DNA from: Felis catus
Taxonomy: Eukaryota
NCBI RefSeq assembly: GCF_018350175.1
Contig: NC_058373.1
Location: forward strand, 117,616,001-117,680,000
Length of the DNA: 64,000 nt
Direction: 5' to 3'
A program made the position numbers and the translations under genes. Each line of letters starts with the position of its first letter. The stretch's first letter is position 1. The notes under the pieces were generated by a model. The model was not told where the DNA came from and searched no databases. It was given only the letters and a program-made list of their open reading frames with translations. Of the stretch, positions 1-11,564 are shown in pieces.

Positions 1-1312
1 ATAGTCTGAGAAGGGAAAAAGGACTTCTGGAAAGCCCAGGTTGTCAGAAACCCAGCTTTATTGGTTGCCTGCACCCTGTCCATCAAATGTCACTACTGTG
101 ATGGAAAATGGAAAGCCTGGCCTCTTGCCAGCTCCCTTACAGGAGGATGTAGGTAGAGGGGGCTCTTATGGGGGGGAACATCAGATGCCCATTTTTTTCA
201 AGAAAGGTTAGGGACACTTCTGGTGTCTCCAGCCCAGATCTCATGGGAGATGGTCGAAGCAAACGTTCCCCTTTCTCGTGGCTCCAGACCCTGAACTGAT
301 CACAGTCTGGAGAAATTCTGAGGCTCTAGCAGTCCAGCCCCTCCGAGCCCGTCTACATACCCAGGAGAAGCCAGGAGCCACTCAGTCTCCTTGTGGCTTT
401 GAACTCAAGGGGAGAGCACACCCGGGCTCAGGGAGTGGAGCTGATACTCCTGTGCCTGCAAGTCCTCCCGATCCCGGAGGAGGTCACTGAGTGAGGGAGG
501 AACCCACGGCTTTCTGTGAAACATTACGCATGAAACTCACTAGAATTACCCTCCCAGCCCCCAGATTATAGGACGTTCTTCAGCAGAAAAGCTCTTACCG
601 ATGCCAACACCCTCTCAATATCCAGGGGTCAGTTGTTGCCAAAAATAGTGACAAAACCTACTTTTTTTTCCCATTTCTCCCTGAGAGTCTCCAGGTGTGG
701 ACTGGATTTGTAACTCAGCATTTTCAGGTAGGCCTAGAGTGCCTTGATTTCAGAGATGGGCTTTCCATGTGACATAAAGGTCCAGATCATGAAGGTACGT
801 GAGAGTCACAAGCTCCAGCTACGAGAGGGGATGAGGACGGGCCTCGCTTTTTCTGCTTTTCCATCTCGTGATGGAGTCTGGAGCCACAGCCTGAGCCTTC
901 ATCCCTAGTTCACCCTCTGTCCTAATGATGTCAAAGATAAGGTTAGTCACTCTGGCAAACCAGGTTCTCAAGGGGCAGGTGAGCTGGGTTTTGAGGGCTC
1001 CTCCGGGACAATTAAGCACCCACGATGATTTTCCAGGGTAGCTCAGAGGGCTCATGCAAGGCAGGAACCCAAGTGAGTCAGGCTGACGGCGACCCTCCGT
1101 AAACACCAGCCCAGTAGGCAGAGGACAGGAGTGGTAGGCACACCGTGCTAGCTGCAGGGCTCAGGAGCAGCCTGACCCAAGCCAAGTGTGTGCCACCTCG
1201 GGCCGCCGACCGACAGAAGCTGAGTCCTGCTGTCCCCAGAGCCGAGACTTGGTATGGTACCCTTCGGCTCCTTGTGTAAGGAGAAAGACCAGCCTGGCTC
1301 TACCGTGGGGTC

Positions 1313-1550
1313 TGTGTGTGTGTGTGTGTGTGTGTGTTGTGTTTTCCTTCTGCAACATCCTGTCTTCCAGCAGCCAGCTGAGGGGACGGGGGTATGACTG
1401 CCAAAGAAGCCCTCTGACCTTGTCCACACAGACAGGCGGCTGCCCTTTGCCTGCCCCTCTGCTTTCGGCACACTGGAGACCCACAGACACCCAGCTGCTT
1501 GTGCAGCTCTCCAGTTTCCATTATTTGCTGTGTGTGTGTGTGTGTGTGTG
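1313..1550. repeat. Two (TG)n microsatellites (~1313-1336 and ~1529-1551)
   Basis: Direct reading. Confidence 0.9.
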
Positions 1551-2430
1551 TCCATGTGAGTGATTGTACTCTCCAGATTTCCCAGCCTTGGGCTCAGGAC
1601 CCTGGAACAGGGCTCTGGGATAAACTAGCAAAGATTCGGGATGTAATTCTCTCCCAAAATCTCTCAGAAAAGCTAGAAACTTAGGGAGAGGGTCAGGTGC
1701 CCACCAAAGCCTCCTCTCCTTCTGTGGTAGTGAGTGACTAGGCTTGGGGGAGCATTCACGGGCTTTCTGGTCCATGTCACGGGCTCCTTAGCTAAGAGTT
1801 CTCCACAGCGGTCCTTGAGCCTCCCGTAGCCTGTCCTGTGTAAAACTTAGAAGGGGTCACCTGCCTGCGTACCGAGAGAGCATTTTCTGTCCAAAACACT
1901 CCTTCTGAGGCCCAAGGCCCTTTGCCGAATAAAAGGGCATGCGTAGACACTCCTTGCTCTAAGAACACAGAATGAAAGTCAACAGGGGGCCACTAGGCAG
2001 TCACCAAAGTTAGCAAACCCTCTGGCTGCATCTGGGTGGGAAAATCCCAGAATCCCAACCCAGACTGTGGATGCAATTGACGACCTCACCTTGCCCATGG
2101 CCACTTCCTGATGTCTCATCAGCATCCCCGACAGACCACCCGGCCCTCAGAGCTAGTCTGTTCCGGGTCCCCACTTGGGGCCCTAGATGTCTGCCTGCAG
2201 GTTGAAGGACACACACCAGGGGCTCCTGCCCACGAGCACAGCCAGTGGAGCAGGCCGCTCCAAACTGCTGACCGTGGCCCCGTGCAAAGGCACAGGGGCT
2301 CCCACTCCGAGCCCTGCAGCGCGACAGATGGCCCCTAGAGGAGCAAACACCCCTCTCTCCTAACTGCTCCAAGAGGCAGCACCATTTCCGGCAGGCTTGT
2401 TTTCTGTCTCTCCCACTGACTCACCTACAG

Positions 2431-2524
2431 CGCTGGCCGCTTCTCTTTTCCCATTTTTTTCGCCCTGTTTGGCTGTTGTTTTTGCTCATTAGCTGCCGCC
2501 GCTGCTGCTGTTTGGAAACCACGT
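2431..2524 (+). CDS. RGS6: Candidate 94-nt alternative exon (RWPLLFSHFFRPVWLLFLLISCRRCCCLETT), phase 0 to 1
   Basis: tttctgtctctcccactgactcacctacag| acceptor and CGT|gtaagc donor, 81 nt upstream of the 54-nt exon. Confidence 0.35.
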
Positions 2525-2564
2525 GTAAGCTGAAGATTTTTTTTTTTCTGTATTTTTCTCCCTA

Positions 2565-2596
<32 letters not shown>

Positions 2597-2605
2597 CCCC
2601 TAAAG

Positions 2606-2659
2606 CCAGAAAGTGAGCAAGGTCGTAGAACCTCCTTAGAAAAGTTCACTCGCAGTGTG
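2606..2659 (+). CDS. RGS6: RGS6 54-nt in-frame cassette exon (the exon separating alpha1 from alpha2 forms), PESEQGRRTSLEKFTRSV
   Basis: Long poly-T tract then ccctaaag|CCA acceptor and GTG|gtaagt donor; 54 nt, phase 0/0. Translation matches the recalled RGS6 alpha1 insert peptide. Confidence 0.95.
2610..2639 (+). CDS. RGS6: Alternative +4 acceptor use of the 54-nt exon giving KVSKVVEPP*
   Basis: aagccag|AAA. The peptide is nearly identical to a recalled human RGS6 C-terminal variant KVSKVVELP. Confidence 0.5.
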   Translation, partial: KVSKVVEPP

Positions 2660-2826
2660 GTAAGTTCAACTGGTTTTCTTCCCTCAACGTTTCTTCCGGG
2701 TTTTGTTTTTTTTTTTGTTTTTTTTTTGTTTCTTCGGTTGTTGTCGTCGTCGTCGTAGTCGTTTCCCTTGAGGCGGGAGGGAGTCTAGCGCTTTCCCCAC
2801 TCAATACACCCCTTTTCTTTTGCGAG

Positions 2827-3108
2827 CGTCTGCAGCTTCTCTTCTGGGGATGGGTTTGCAAGAGACCAAGCGGCTCCCTCTGCAGAAGGTGCACACACAA
2901 CCGCCCTGCCTCGGGCCTTGCATTCGATATTCGGCTCAGGGCTTCGGGGAGGAGGGACCGTGCTGCCCTTGGGGCCGCTCGGCCTGTGCATCTTCTGCAG
3001 CGGCCCAGGGAGAAGGCCATCGAACTGTACCACGAACTAAATTGGCTCAGAGCCGTAGCTCACCTGAAAAAAAAAAAAAAAAAAAAAATTCCAAATTTCC
3101 CTCTGTGA
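2827..3108 (+). CDS. RGS6: Putative orthologue of the RGS6 'beta' last exon (RLQLLFW..., open for 93 codons here)
   Basis: ccttttctttttgcgag| acceptor (weak GAG). First codons RLQLLF resemble the recalled human CLQLLF* tail. Confidence 0.35.
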   Translation, partial: RLQLLFWGWVCKRPSGSLCRRCTHNRPASGLAFDIRLRASGRRDRAALGAARPVHLLQRPREKAIELYHELNWLRAVAHLKKKKKKKIPNFPL

Positions 3109-3179
3109 ATGAACTCTGGCAATCGCGCAGGCGCAGGTCGCGAGCTGATGTTGCTGTGTGGCGGCTTTTGCGTGTGCAG

Positions 3180-3401
3180 AAGGTGGCCGTGCTGCATGGG
3201 TTCTGGCGATGCAGTCTAGCTGGCGTGTGTGTTAGTGGCCTCTGCATGAGTTCCGACAGCCCTTACGGCCCCTGTCAGCCTCATCCGCGTAGCGTAACAG
3301 GGAGAGGAGGGGGTAGCCACCGAGGGGTGGAGGAAGAAACAAGTCCCTGCCTGGGCTCCCAGGGGCAAGGCCTTGTCCTGATTCTGATAGAGGGAGTACA
3401 G
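3180..3401 (+). CDS. RGS6: Candidate 222-nt in-frame exon (KVAVLHGFW...LIEGVQ)
   Basis: cttttgcgtgtgcag|aag| tandem acceptor and CAG|gtgggc donor, phase 0/0, no stops, CpG retained. Confidence 0.3.
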
Positions 3402-6400
3402 GTGGGCTACAGGTTCACTCTTCTTGTGGGGAAGTGGCCTGTTTCCCATGCACATCGAGAGTCGAGGGTTGTAGAGTGCAAGAGTGGCATATAGGAAACC
3501 CCACGGTAACAGGCGAGAGTGCTGAACGAGTAGGTCTTCCCCATGGTGCATCGTAGAGGTTCTGTACTGTGGTCTGTAGAACAGCACAGACCCATCTCTC
3601 CTTTCCATGCCATTCTCTCCAAGATTCGAGCGTAGAGCTTACTGTACAGGAAGGACTCGTTCTCACGCATTCACTTGCTCATCACAATGAGCTGCTGAGT
3701 TCCTGGGGCCCAGCCTGCGCTGTTAACATCAAGCCAGTGGGAACCAAAATGGCAGCCAGGGAACAGGAAGGCCATGCGTGGAACTGGCCACACTTTCCTT
3801 CCCAAAGGACAGAAACCCACTGATGCTGATTTGCCCTTTCCCCCACTCCCCTTTCTCTGTTGAGGAGGAGAGTCCTTGTAAACCTAACTATTGTGTGATT
3901 AGTATCTTTATTTCATCTTTTTAACATAAATTGTAAGAATTCTGGGCTGAAAGCAACCGAGTCAACTACCTGTCACAGCCAGATGCATTTTAACGGAATT
4001 TAAACATTATTTTGAATTTGCTAGATGTGATCATCACAATAAGTGTAGTAGGTGGCAATTAAAATATGGGTGCTCATCCCTTCTTTGGTCTTCTCTATGG
4101 GCTTTCCTCATGAGAAATCAGAACTTGCAGAATGCAAGGCCGACTGGTCCCCCGTGTGTCTTTGCCACGGCTATGTGGCTTCACACACTAACAAGCTGCC
4201 ACAGGCTGCCAGAGACAAAGCCTTCTGGAGCTTCTCCACCCCTGAGGCCCTGCGGAGAGTGGTGGGAACCTGTCCCTCCCTATTCCTTTTGAGGACTGCA
4301 TGCTGTGTGTAGACGATGTTTAAGAACTTTGTTGAAGAACCCAGAGTATACCGTGAGGCAAGCTGGACCACTAGATGCAAACGCAGGGCAACAGAACTCT
4401 CAGAGCCCCCTGGAAGCCCTTCAGGTTGACCTTGTAGGCCGAGAGTGGGAGAGAGGAAGGCTGGTACCCAGACAAGATGCTCAAACATCTCCAGGCTGCT
4501 TTTTATGAGAAGTGGGTATCAGGAAAGGCCTGAATGATCTCAGTGAAACTCTGTGAAGAGCTTTGAATGATGCCTCTTCAACCCAGAAGTAGTGTTGGGT
4601 CAGTGGTCCTCCAAAGTCTGTTAACAAAGCATGTGGAATGAGAAAGCACCAGACATCTCCCCAGCGTCTCAAGTGTGCAGGGATGTTTTCAAGGCTGGCT
4701 GAAGGAGAAAAAAAATCTTCCAAGCTCCTGAGATTTTTCGCATCTATATAATAGAAGGGCCAAACTTCAAACAAAAAGTTTCTAGATTCCCTTTCATGAA
4801 GACTCTAATGGGTGGTGCATTCCAATCTCTTGGTTCCAGTGGCGGAAATGGATTTGCATGGATGCATCCGTGTTCCCAGTACTCCTGCGACAACACCACA
4901 CACCCACAAGATATGGCTGTGTTGGAGGAAATGGCCTATGGCTGTAGAATAGTGGCAACCCTCAGAGTACGTGAGGCTGGAACCCAAGAACTTGGTCTGA
5001 ACAGCCCAGTGTTCCAATCAAATGGAATTAACCAACCAACCAATATGCCTTGCAATCTGATAGCCATTTTTCTGGATATAATATACATAAAATGCTAGAT
5101 TTCTCTAAAAGAAGGTCTATATGAATATGTCATCTGCTGTATACTGCAAACTATAAAACCCGTTGCAAGATAGTTCAATAGCATTCTCACGGTGCTGGGA
5201 AATATGTATAAAAAGGCCCTCCGTGTCATGGGATTAATATGAAACATGAGGGAGTGAAGGTAGGCAGTTCATGGACCAAGGATATGAGGCCAGCTGCCAT
5301 TTAGGACTAATTGGTGGCAAGAAACGTTAATCCAGGTGGTTGGATAGTTCAGTCAGATAGTCTCCCATGGTCAATTTCCTTTCTTTTCTTGGTAAAAGAA
5401 GCTTTGGAGAAAGAAGATTGTTCCTTCCAAGTCTTAAGATGTATTATGACGTGGAGGGATTATCTGTTAAAGGCCAGACACGGCCCCTTTTACAGGAGAT
5501 CCTGGGGAGTAGTTTAATGTGGTTCATGGAAGCTGCTGGGGCCATACTAGTTTGGGTGCAGATACCTTGCAATCCCCAATAGAGGCAGTGCTGTGGGAGC
5601 TTCTCCTTCCAATGGAAATTCACTCGGAGTCACCCAGAACTTGAATATACAAAGCCAATGTCTGGGGATATGCTGTGCCGAGCATCATGTAGTTGGGTTC
5701 ACTGGAGCCGCAGAGCCTTCACGAAGGTCTGCTTATTTGACGGGAAAGACCCAGGTTCAAGACCAAACATAGCTGAAAGTCCATGGCATGGTGCAACTAG
5801 CCCATGTTATACCTTCGTTCAAAACAGAAAACAGGACTCCTCTGATGGGCCCAAGCCCCACAGATGCCCAGCTGGACAAGCACAGCGCAGGCTGGAGTTC
5901 AGCCCCTACTCGACCTTCAGCTGCCCTTGTGTAGAGAATGACCCACACCGCTGTACATGGTGGGTCTGATCCGAGGAGCCCCAGCTGGAGAACTGTAACA
6001 CATGGCCGCCTCTCAAGGGGGCGGCCCACACACGGATTCAGAGCCTGTCTCCCCTAGTCCTATGCACTGGGAAGCTCCCTTTCACAACGGCTGTAAAATA
6101 TGCAGTAGGAAGCATCTGGCATCATCGTGGGCCGTCTCTCCATCACCTTCCCTCTCCTCCTCACAGTCCTCGGCGGGAGCCCCGGTGTTGCCCACTGGTG
6201 GAGCAGGGGCTTCTCTGTGGAGAGAGATGCCAGTGCCCGGCCTCCTGCCATTCCCCGCCGTCCTCCTGGTTTTGCTGTTGACAGACGACATGGAGGGTGG
6301 GAGGGTGGCCAGAGCCGAAAGTCCCACTGTCCCCTTGCTCTCTCTTAGGCTCGCTCATCCCCTCGGGCCCTGCCGCTAGGCTGACTCTGACACACAGGCC

Positions 6401-9400
6401 CCGGGATGCATAGGAGGAGGGTGTGAAGATGCAAACGCGCCTTTGGCCAAAGGCTCAGCAGCAGCCATCTGATTGTCCCTCTCTGGGTGGTGGCGGAAGC
6501 TTGAGGCTTTCACCTAAGCCGCAGCTCCCTCGGCTCTGGCCTCAGGCCCCAAAGCTGGGAAATGGGGTTGCAGGTGCGCGAGCAAGCACTGAAGGCCACA
6601 GAGGAGAGAGGAGTTGAGGACCAGGGGTCCACCCGCCTGAGACAACATGGCCGTGGAGCTTGGTCAAGGTGCTCCTTGGAGTTGAAGCCACAGGCCCCGC
6701 AGCTGAGGGAGCCTGGCATCTCCAAACAGGCGTTTCCCTCCCGCCTGCCTGCCAAGGAATGCAGCCGGAAAGTCAGAGACCCGGAAGCCCTGGGAGCCAG
6801 CTGTCACCCGCCCTCCCCCTCCCCTCCCTCCCTCTGCCTTTCCTCCCTCCCTGGCCAAAAGAAAAGCTAATGAGAGGGGAAAAGTCAGCAGCCCACCTCC
6901 CTCCTTCACAGGCAGCTCTGCAGGAAGAACCCCCACCCAGCTCCAGGCCCGATCAGGAAGTGGAAGGCTGAGGCTCCTGGCAGGCGAGGCAGCCGGCAGA
7001 CAACCAGGGTGCTCCAGGAACAGAGCGGGGGTCAGCTCCCTCCCCAGGAGGCTGGTCCCCCCACCCAATGCCTCCGCCGTGTATCATGGGAAACAGCCTC
7101 CCACTCTGGTGGAATGAGTTCTCAAATACCTAGATTCAGCAGAGCCCCTCGAAGGGCTTCGACCTTAGTCAAAAAAAAAAAAAAAAAAAAAAAAAACCCT
7201 TTTGGGCCTCCAGCAAAGGACTACCGGTTAAAAATCATTACATGGGGTTGGTTTGGATTGCAAACAGTCCTTGGGCCCCTTTGGGACCACTGGGTCAGAC
7301 TGTTGCGCTCGCCTCTCCCACGCCAGTGCCCCGAGGCCCAGCTGTGGTGAAACCGCAGCCCGCCTAGACGTGGAGGGGGACTTGCATAGTGGCATTTGGG
7401 AAGGAAAGCGTAAAAACCTGGCCCTCTTGAGCAGTGAGGACTTCCGGGACCGGGTGGAACTCGTCAGCAGCCCCCATGCAGCGGCCCCTGCTCCTAGCTT
7501 CAGCATGCTAGCTGTGCAGCCTCAGGCAAGTGGTCAGCCCTCTCTGAGCCCTGGTTTCCTCCTACGTACAACAGCTTGGACTAAATAATCTCTACAGCCT
7601 GCTCCAGCTGGGAGTGCCCATAGGTCTGTGCTTCTTTCTAGGCTAGGATTCCTGAATTGTGCTCATCATCTCTCAGAATGAGCAAAGAGTCGCCTTCCTG
7701 CTTGGAAAGTGGCTGCGAGCCTTGGAGACCAGGACAGAAACCATGGAGAGCATGGAGTTGGATCTGGACTTAAAAGCCCTGGGCAAGGATGTGAGGATAA
7801 AGCACTAGCAGAACTAAGGGTGCCACCGGCTAAGTCATAGGCCTGCTCCAGTCCCCAGGGCTCACTCACACAGTGTGACCCCTGGATAGCAGGAAGGGAG
7901 GGGTCACCAGAAATAGGGTGGGCAACACATGCGGGTCACCCCTGCCAGCTCTGGAGTCCCTGCCCTTCTGGAAGGATGCCCAGCTGAATGTGTGCGGGAG
8001 GTGGGGGGGGGGGTGAGGTCAGCCGGGCAGGGGGTGTGCTCCCATGTGGGTGCTGCGGCATCACCCCATGCACTGTGGGGCATGGGAAAGAAGGCAGTGT
8101 GGGCATCCGGGGACCTCAGCGTCATCCTGCTGCTCTCTGTCCTCTCTTAGAGGTGACCAAAAGGAGGTTCTGAGAGTCCAGGCTATACTGGTTATAGGCA
8201 GTGGTCATTAAGCCTCCTCCGCCCCTCTCCATCCTGGCTCCAAGTAAAGCTTCAGAAAGCATATTTATTATTACAGTATTGTAGCTTGAAATGCAAATAT
8301 CAAAGTCCATTAGAAACTGTAAGACAACAACCGAATCAGCTTGGCTGCCGGGGTGCAGAAAAGGAAAAGGGCTAGAGGTGACTCCCCGTGGCAGGAGATG
8401 GGCTCGGGTCTTCTGAGACTCCGGGGAAGTAAGATTTTTATTCACCAAAAAGAGTCGGACGTTGTCAGTTTGGAGAAACTGAGCCCTACACCCTGCCACT
8501 GGCTCGGAAGGAGGAACCCCCAGCTGTTGCAGCTGATGGTTCCACCTGTCAGCCCAAAGCAGCCCCAAACCCCTCCCCCACAGAGTGTCCCCTCGGAGAG
8601 AAAACCCAGCCGTGACTCAGCCTCCCCACGCATGGGGCACGTGCTCTGCAGCGCTTCTCCCGCCTCCTCTGGTCAGCCCTCCCTCCCCACCACCCAGGCC
8701 CTCTTTTGCCTTCTCCAGACCCCAGTGCGCCGAGCAGTCAAGTGAAAATCAAACTCCTCTGAGGCAGAAAGGCACAGCTGTGTGTTTACAGCCACTGATT
8801 CAGATCCAAATCGCATACCCTGCCAGTCTCCCGCAAGGCAGGCTGGGGGCAAACTGTGTCTGCGTGTGCCAGGCGGGAAATCTATTTCGGGAAGTGACCT
8901 GCAGCCCTTTGCCATAGCAGAGCCTTCCTCTCAACCCCCACTCAGGAAAGACGGCCTTCTAGAAGGAGCTCTCACTTTAAAAGCAGCTGATGCGGTTGTG
9001 GGATTTCAGCCTGTTCCTTGTCACTTACACAGTCAGACTTTTGGCACCTGCCCCCCGCCCCCCGGCAGCCACATGGGAACAGCCGTGGGCTCCCATCTGT
9101 CCAGTGAGAAGGCAGGGGGTGAAGGCGACCACAGTGGGATGATCAGTGGGGAGGGAAGACCACTCAGTGGGACAGGACACCCACTTCTTCAAAGGGTGGA
9201 ATCCACCTCTGTCCTGCCAGGGGGCCAAGGGGGGCAAAGAGAAAAACCCCCAGGTGTTGGGCCTTGGAATAGCAGGAACCTAGAGAGGGGACAAAGCTGT
9301 CAAGGTCAGGGAGAAGAGACCCAAGGGTGTCTGTGTCCAGGCTGGAACAGTAGACGTCAGAGAGCTCTAGGTCTAAGGACCTTGAAGGCAAAGAAGTAAG

Positions 9401-10079
9401 ACGCCACAGCGTTCCCCCAAAATGAGCTCCTCTGTCTCCCCTTTTGTACAGCAAGCGGCAAGTGAGTACCCTTGGTTCAAGTCAAGTTTGGGAATCTCAG
9501 CATTGTGGAAGGAGGGCAGGATAGAAACCCTTCCATAGGAGCACAGGGTGCGGGATGTAAAACTGTACGCAGGAACACTCTGTGAAATGTTGCTATGAAG
9601 CAGAAAGCTAAGTGGGACACCGCATGGGGGGCTGAGGAGGGCTCAGAGCAGGGCAATTTTCACTTTGGCCATGTCACCTGAAGGCCAGTGAGAGAAGGAG
9701 CCTTCGGTGGCTCCCCCACAGACGGGAAGGCGAGGCTGGGTTGGGAGTGTGTGACCACCCCTACCAGCTGGTAGTGATCCGTGCACTCTTCCTAATCACG
9801 GCCAAATCCCTTCGACCTGAGCACCACAGCCCCCCAGCAGAAATGGTTCTCACTGGCGTAATATTCAGCAGGAACTTTCCACATTGCCCTTGTCAGCCGG
9901 GCTGGTTGCGGAAGGATGATTAGCGTAACTACACCCCCTGCTCCAGAGAGTATCTATTCGTGACCTGCTGGTAATGCAGTAAGGTTGAAAACAATATCCA
10001 TTCCTGCCCCTCCCCACCTCCACCTGCACTCTCTCTGTGTTTGCCCATAATTAGGCAAAGCGAGTACATTCGTGGCATT

Positions 10080-11165
10080 TTAATGGCTGGTAAGAGGGTG
10101 AGTTCTATAGATCTGTGTCAACCGGAAAGGCAGTTTCTGGTTGTAGGCCACATGGCCCTGTCCTATCAACATCCTTTTTGATGACTCAGATGAAGAGAAA
10201 AACACGTCAGTCGTGTTCAGAGATCCCAGCCTACGAGGTGTTGTTCGTTTGGGAGGTAATGGAATTACCTTAAAAAAGTATCTCCTTCAGGTGGGATGAT
10301 GGGTCAAAAACAATTGAATCAGATAAAATTTAGGTTAAAAATCATTCTGTCTCATAACTACAGAATGACATTTGTAGACTTTGCTGTAATTCAAGTAAAA
10401 AAAAAATCTGGGGTTGTAGTAAGCTATAAGCTTAATACAAGCAAAAGCAAGACACGATTGCCTTTTTTATAAATTTTTTTTTCAAAGTTTATTTATTTTT
10501 GGGACAGAGAGAGACAGAGCATGAACGGGCGAGGGGCAGAGAGAGAGGGAGACACAGAATCGGAAACTGGCTCCAGGCTCTGAGCCATCAGCCCAGAGCC
10601 CGACGCGGGGCTCGAACTCACGGAATGCGAGATTGTGACCTGGCTGAAGTCGGATGCTTAACCGACTGCGCCACCCAGGCGCCCCACGATTGCCTTTTTT
10701 AAAAGAAAAGCTACTTTAGGCTGTGATAACAAAAGTGAAAGGACTAAAAAAAGCGTCTCACTGATTTTCATGTTGCTCTAGACTGTATGGAGTCTTGGTT
10801 CTAAGCCCCCACATTTTATCAGGAACTTGAACAATCTTGAGAAAATTCGGTAGAGAATAACTGGGGAAGGTATGTCAGGTAGGATAAAGAGGTCTAGTCC
10901 CTCAGGAGACTAGATAACCATCGCGAGATGTATTTGTGTTTGTCTCGCAGTAAGCAGACCTTTCTGGGTAGTTCAGACAAAGCTAGAACAAATGGGTAGA
11001 GGATACAGGGAGGGCCAGTCTACTGGAGACTAACTTCCCAACAACGGGACACATCCCCTGGAGGATCACTGAGCTCCCTGGAAACGCTCAGAAGCTGAAT
11101 GGCCCAGGGTATTGTAGAGTAGGCTTCTGCACTGGATTCTATCATGTCTTGTAGCTGGAATCCTC
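10080..11165 (+). mobile_element. Ancient L3/CR1 LINE remnant, interrupted by a SINE
   Basis: Degenerate CR1 3' motifs (ggccctgtcctatcaacatc...gatgact; ttctaagccccacatttt...cttgaacaatcttgag). Confidence 0.55.
10469..10684 (-). mobile_element. Can-SINE (SINEC_Fc-like)
   Basis: Full body, (CT)n, tail; TSD cacgattgcctttttt at 10453-10468 and 10685-10700. Confidence 0.95.
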
Positions 11166-11453
11166 TGATGCATTAGACATTTGTTACATGGATCCTACTG
11201 CCATTTCATTCTATGGGTTATAAATGAGCCTTAGAAAAGGAGAGGGGATCCTATGAAGGGAGTTGGCTGAGACTGGGAGAGAGGGATGGAAGAGTCAGGT
11301 GAGCCTCTGCCTCGGGGGAGAAAAAGCCAGATGATGACACAGGCGAAGCAGGGGAAACTGTCAAGTAGCGGAATTACTGCCCTTCACGTGTCATCCTTGC
11401 CTTTTGTTGTTGTTGGTTTTTTCTTTTTCTTTCTTTTTTTTTTTTTTTTTAAG

Positions 11454-11564
11454 CCAATTGCTACGGCTGCAGCTGAGCTCTGGCAACAGGGCTCTCTCCC
11501 CCCGATGCCTGAAAGGAGGTCAGCGAGCAGAGGACACAGGCGCCTGCTGGCACAGGGCAGCTGA
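11454..11564 (+). CDS. RGS6: Candidate alternative last exon (PIATAAAELWQQGSLPPMPERRSASRGHRRLLAQGS*)
   Basis: ~55-nt pyrimidine tract then aag|CCA, the same architecture as the 54-nt exon acceptor; ATTAAA at 12084-12089. Confidence 0.35.
   Translation, partial: PIATAAAELWQQGSLPPMPERRSASRGHRRLLAQGS

Noticed and set aside
2419..3090. Apparent minus-strand exon (T22-CAG acceptor near 3063 and CTGTAG|GTGAGT donor near 2425)
   Set aside because: Overlaps a confidently identified plus-strand RGS6 exon; the signals are explained by an A tract and the plus-strand acceptor. An antisense RNA cannot be supported without reads.
2820..3494. 224-aa ORF as a standalone gene
   Set aside because: Non-ATG start, crosses a poly-A run, intronic; only part may be used as an alternative exon.
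3216..3670. Three overlapping minus-strand ORFs
   Set aside because: No recognisable protein, and no splice or promoter support.
4110..4312. Possible further last exon (NLQNARPTGPP... or KSELAECK...)
   Set aside because: Several competing weak AGs and no clear acceptor choice; cannot be supported from sequence alone.
10499..10702. Recurrent MGQRETEHERGRG... and AWVAQSVKRPTSAQVMIS... ORFs; tRNA-like A/B boxes
   Set aside because: Translations and internal promoter boxes of Can-SINEs, not genes or tRNAs.
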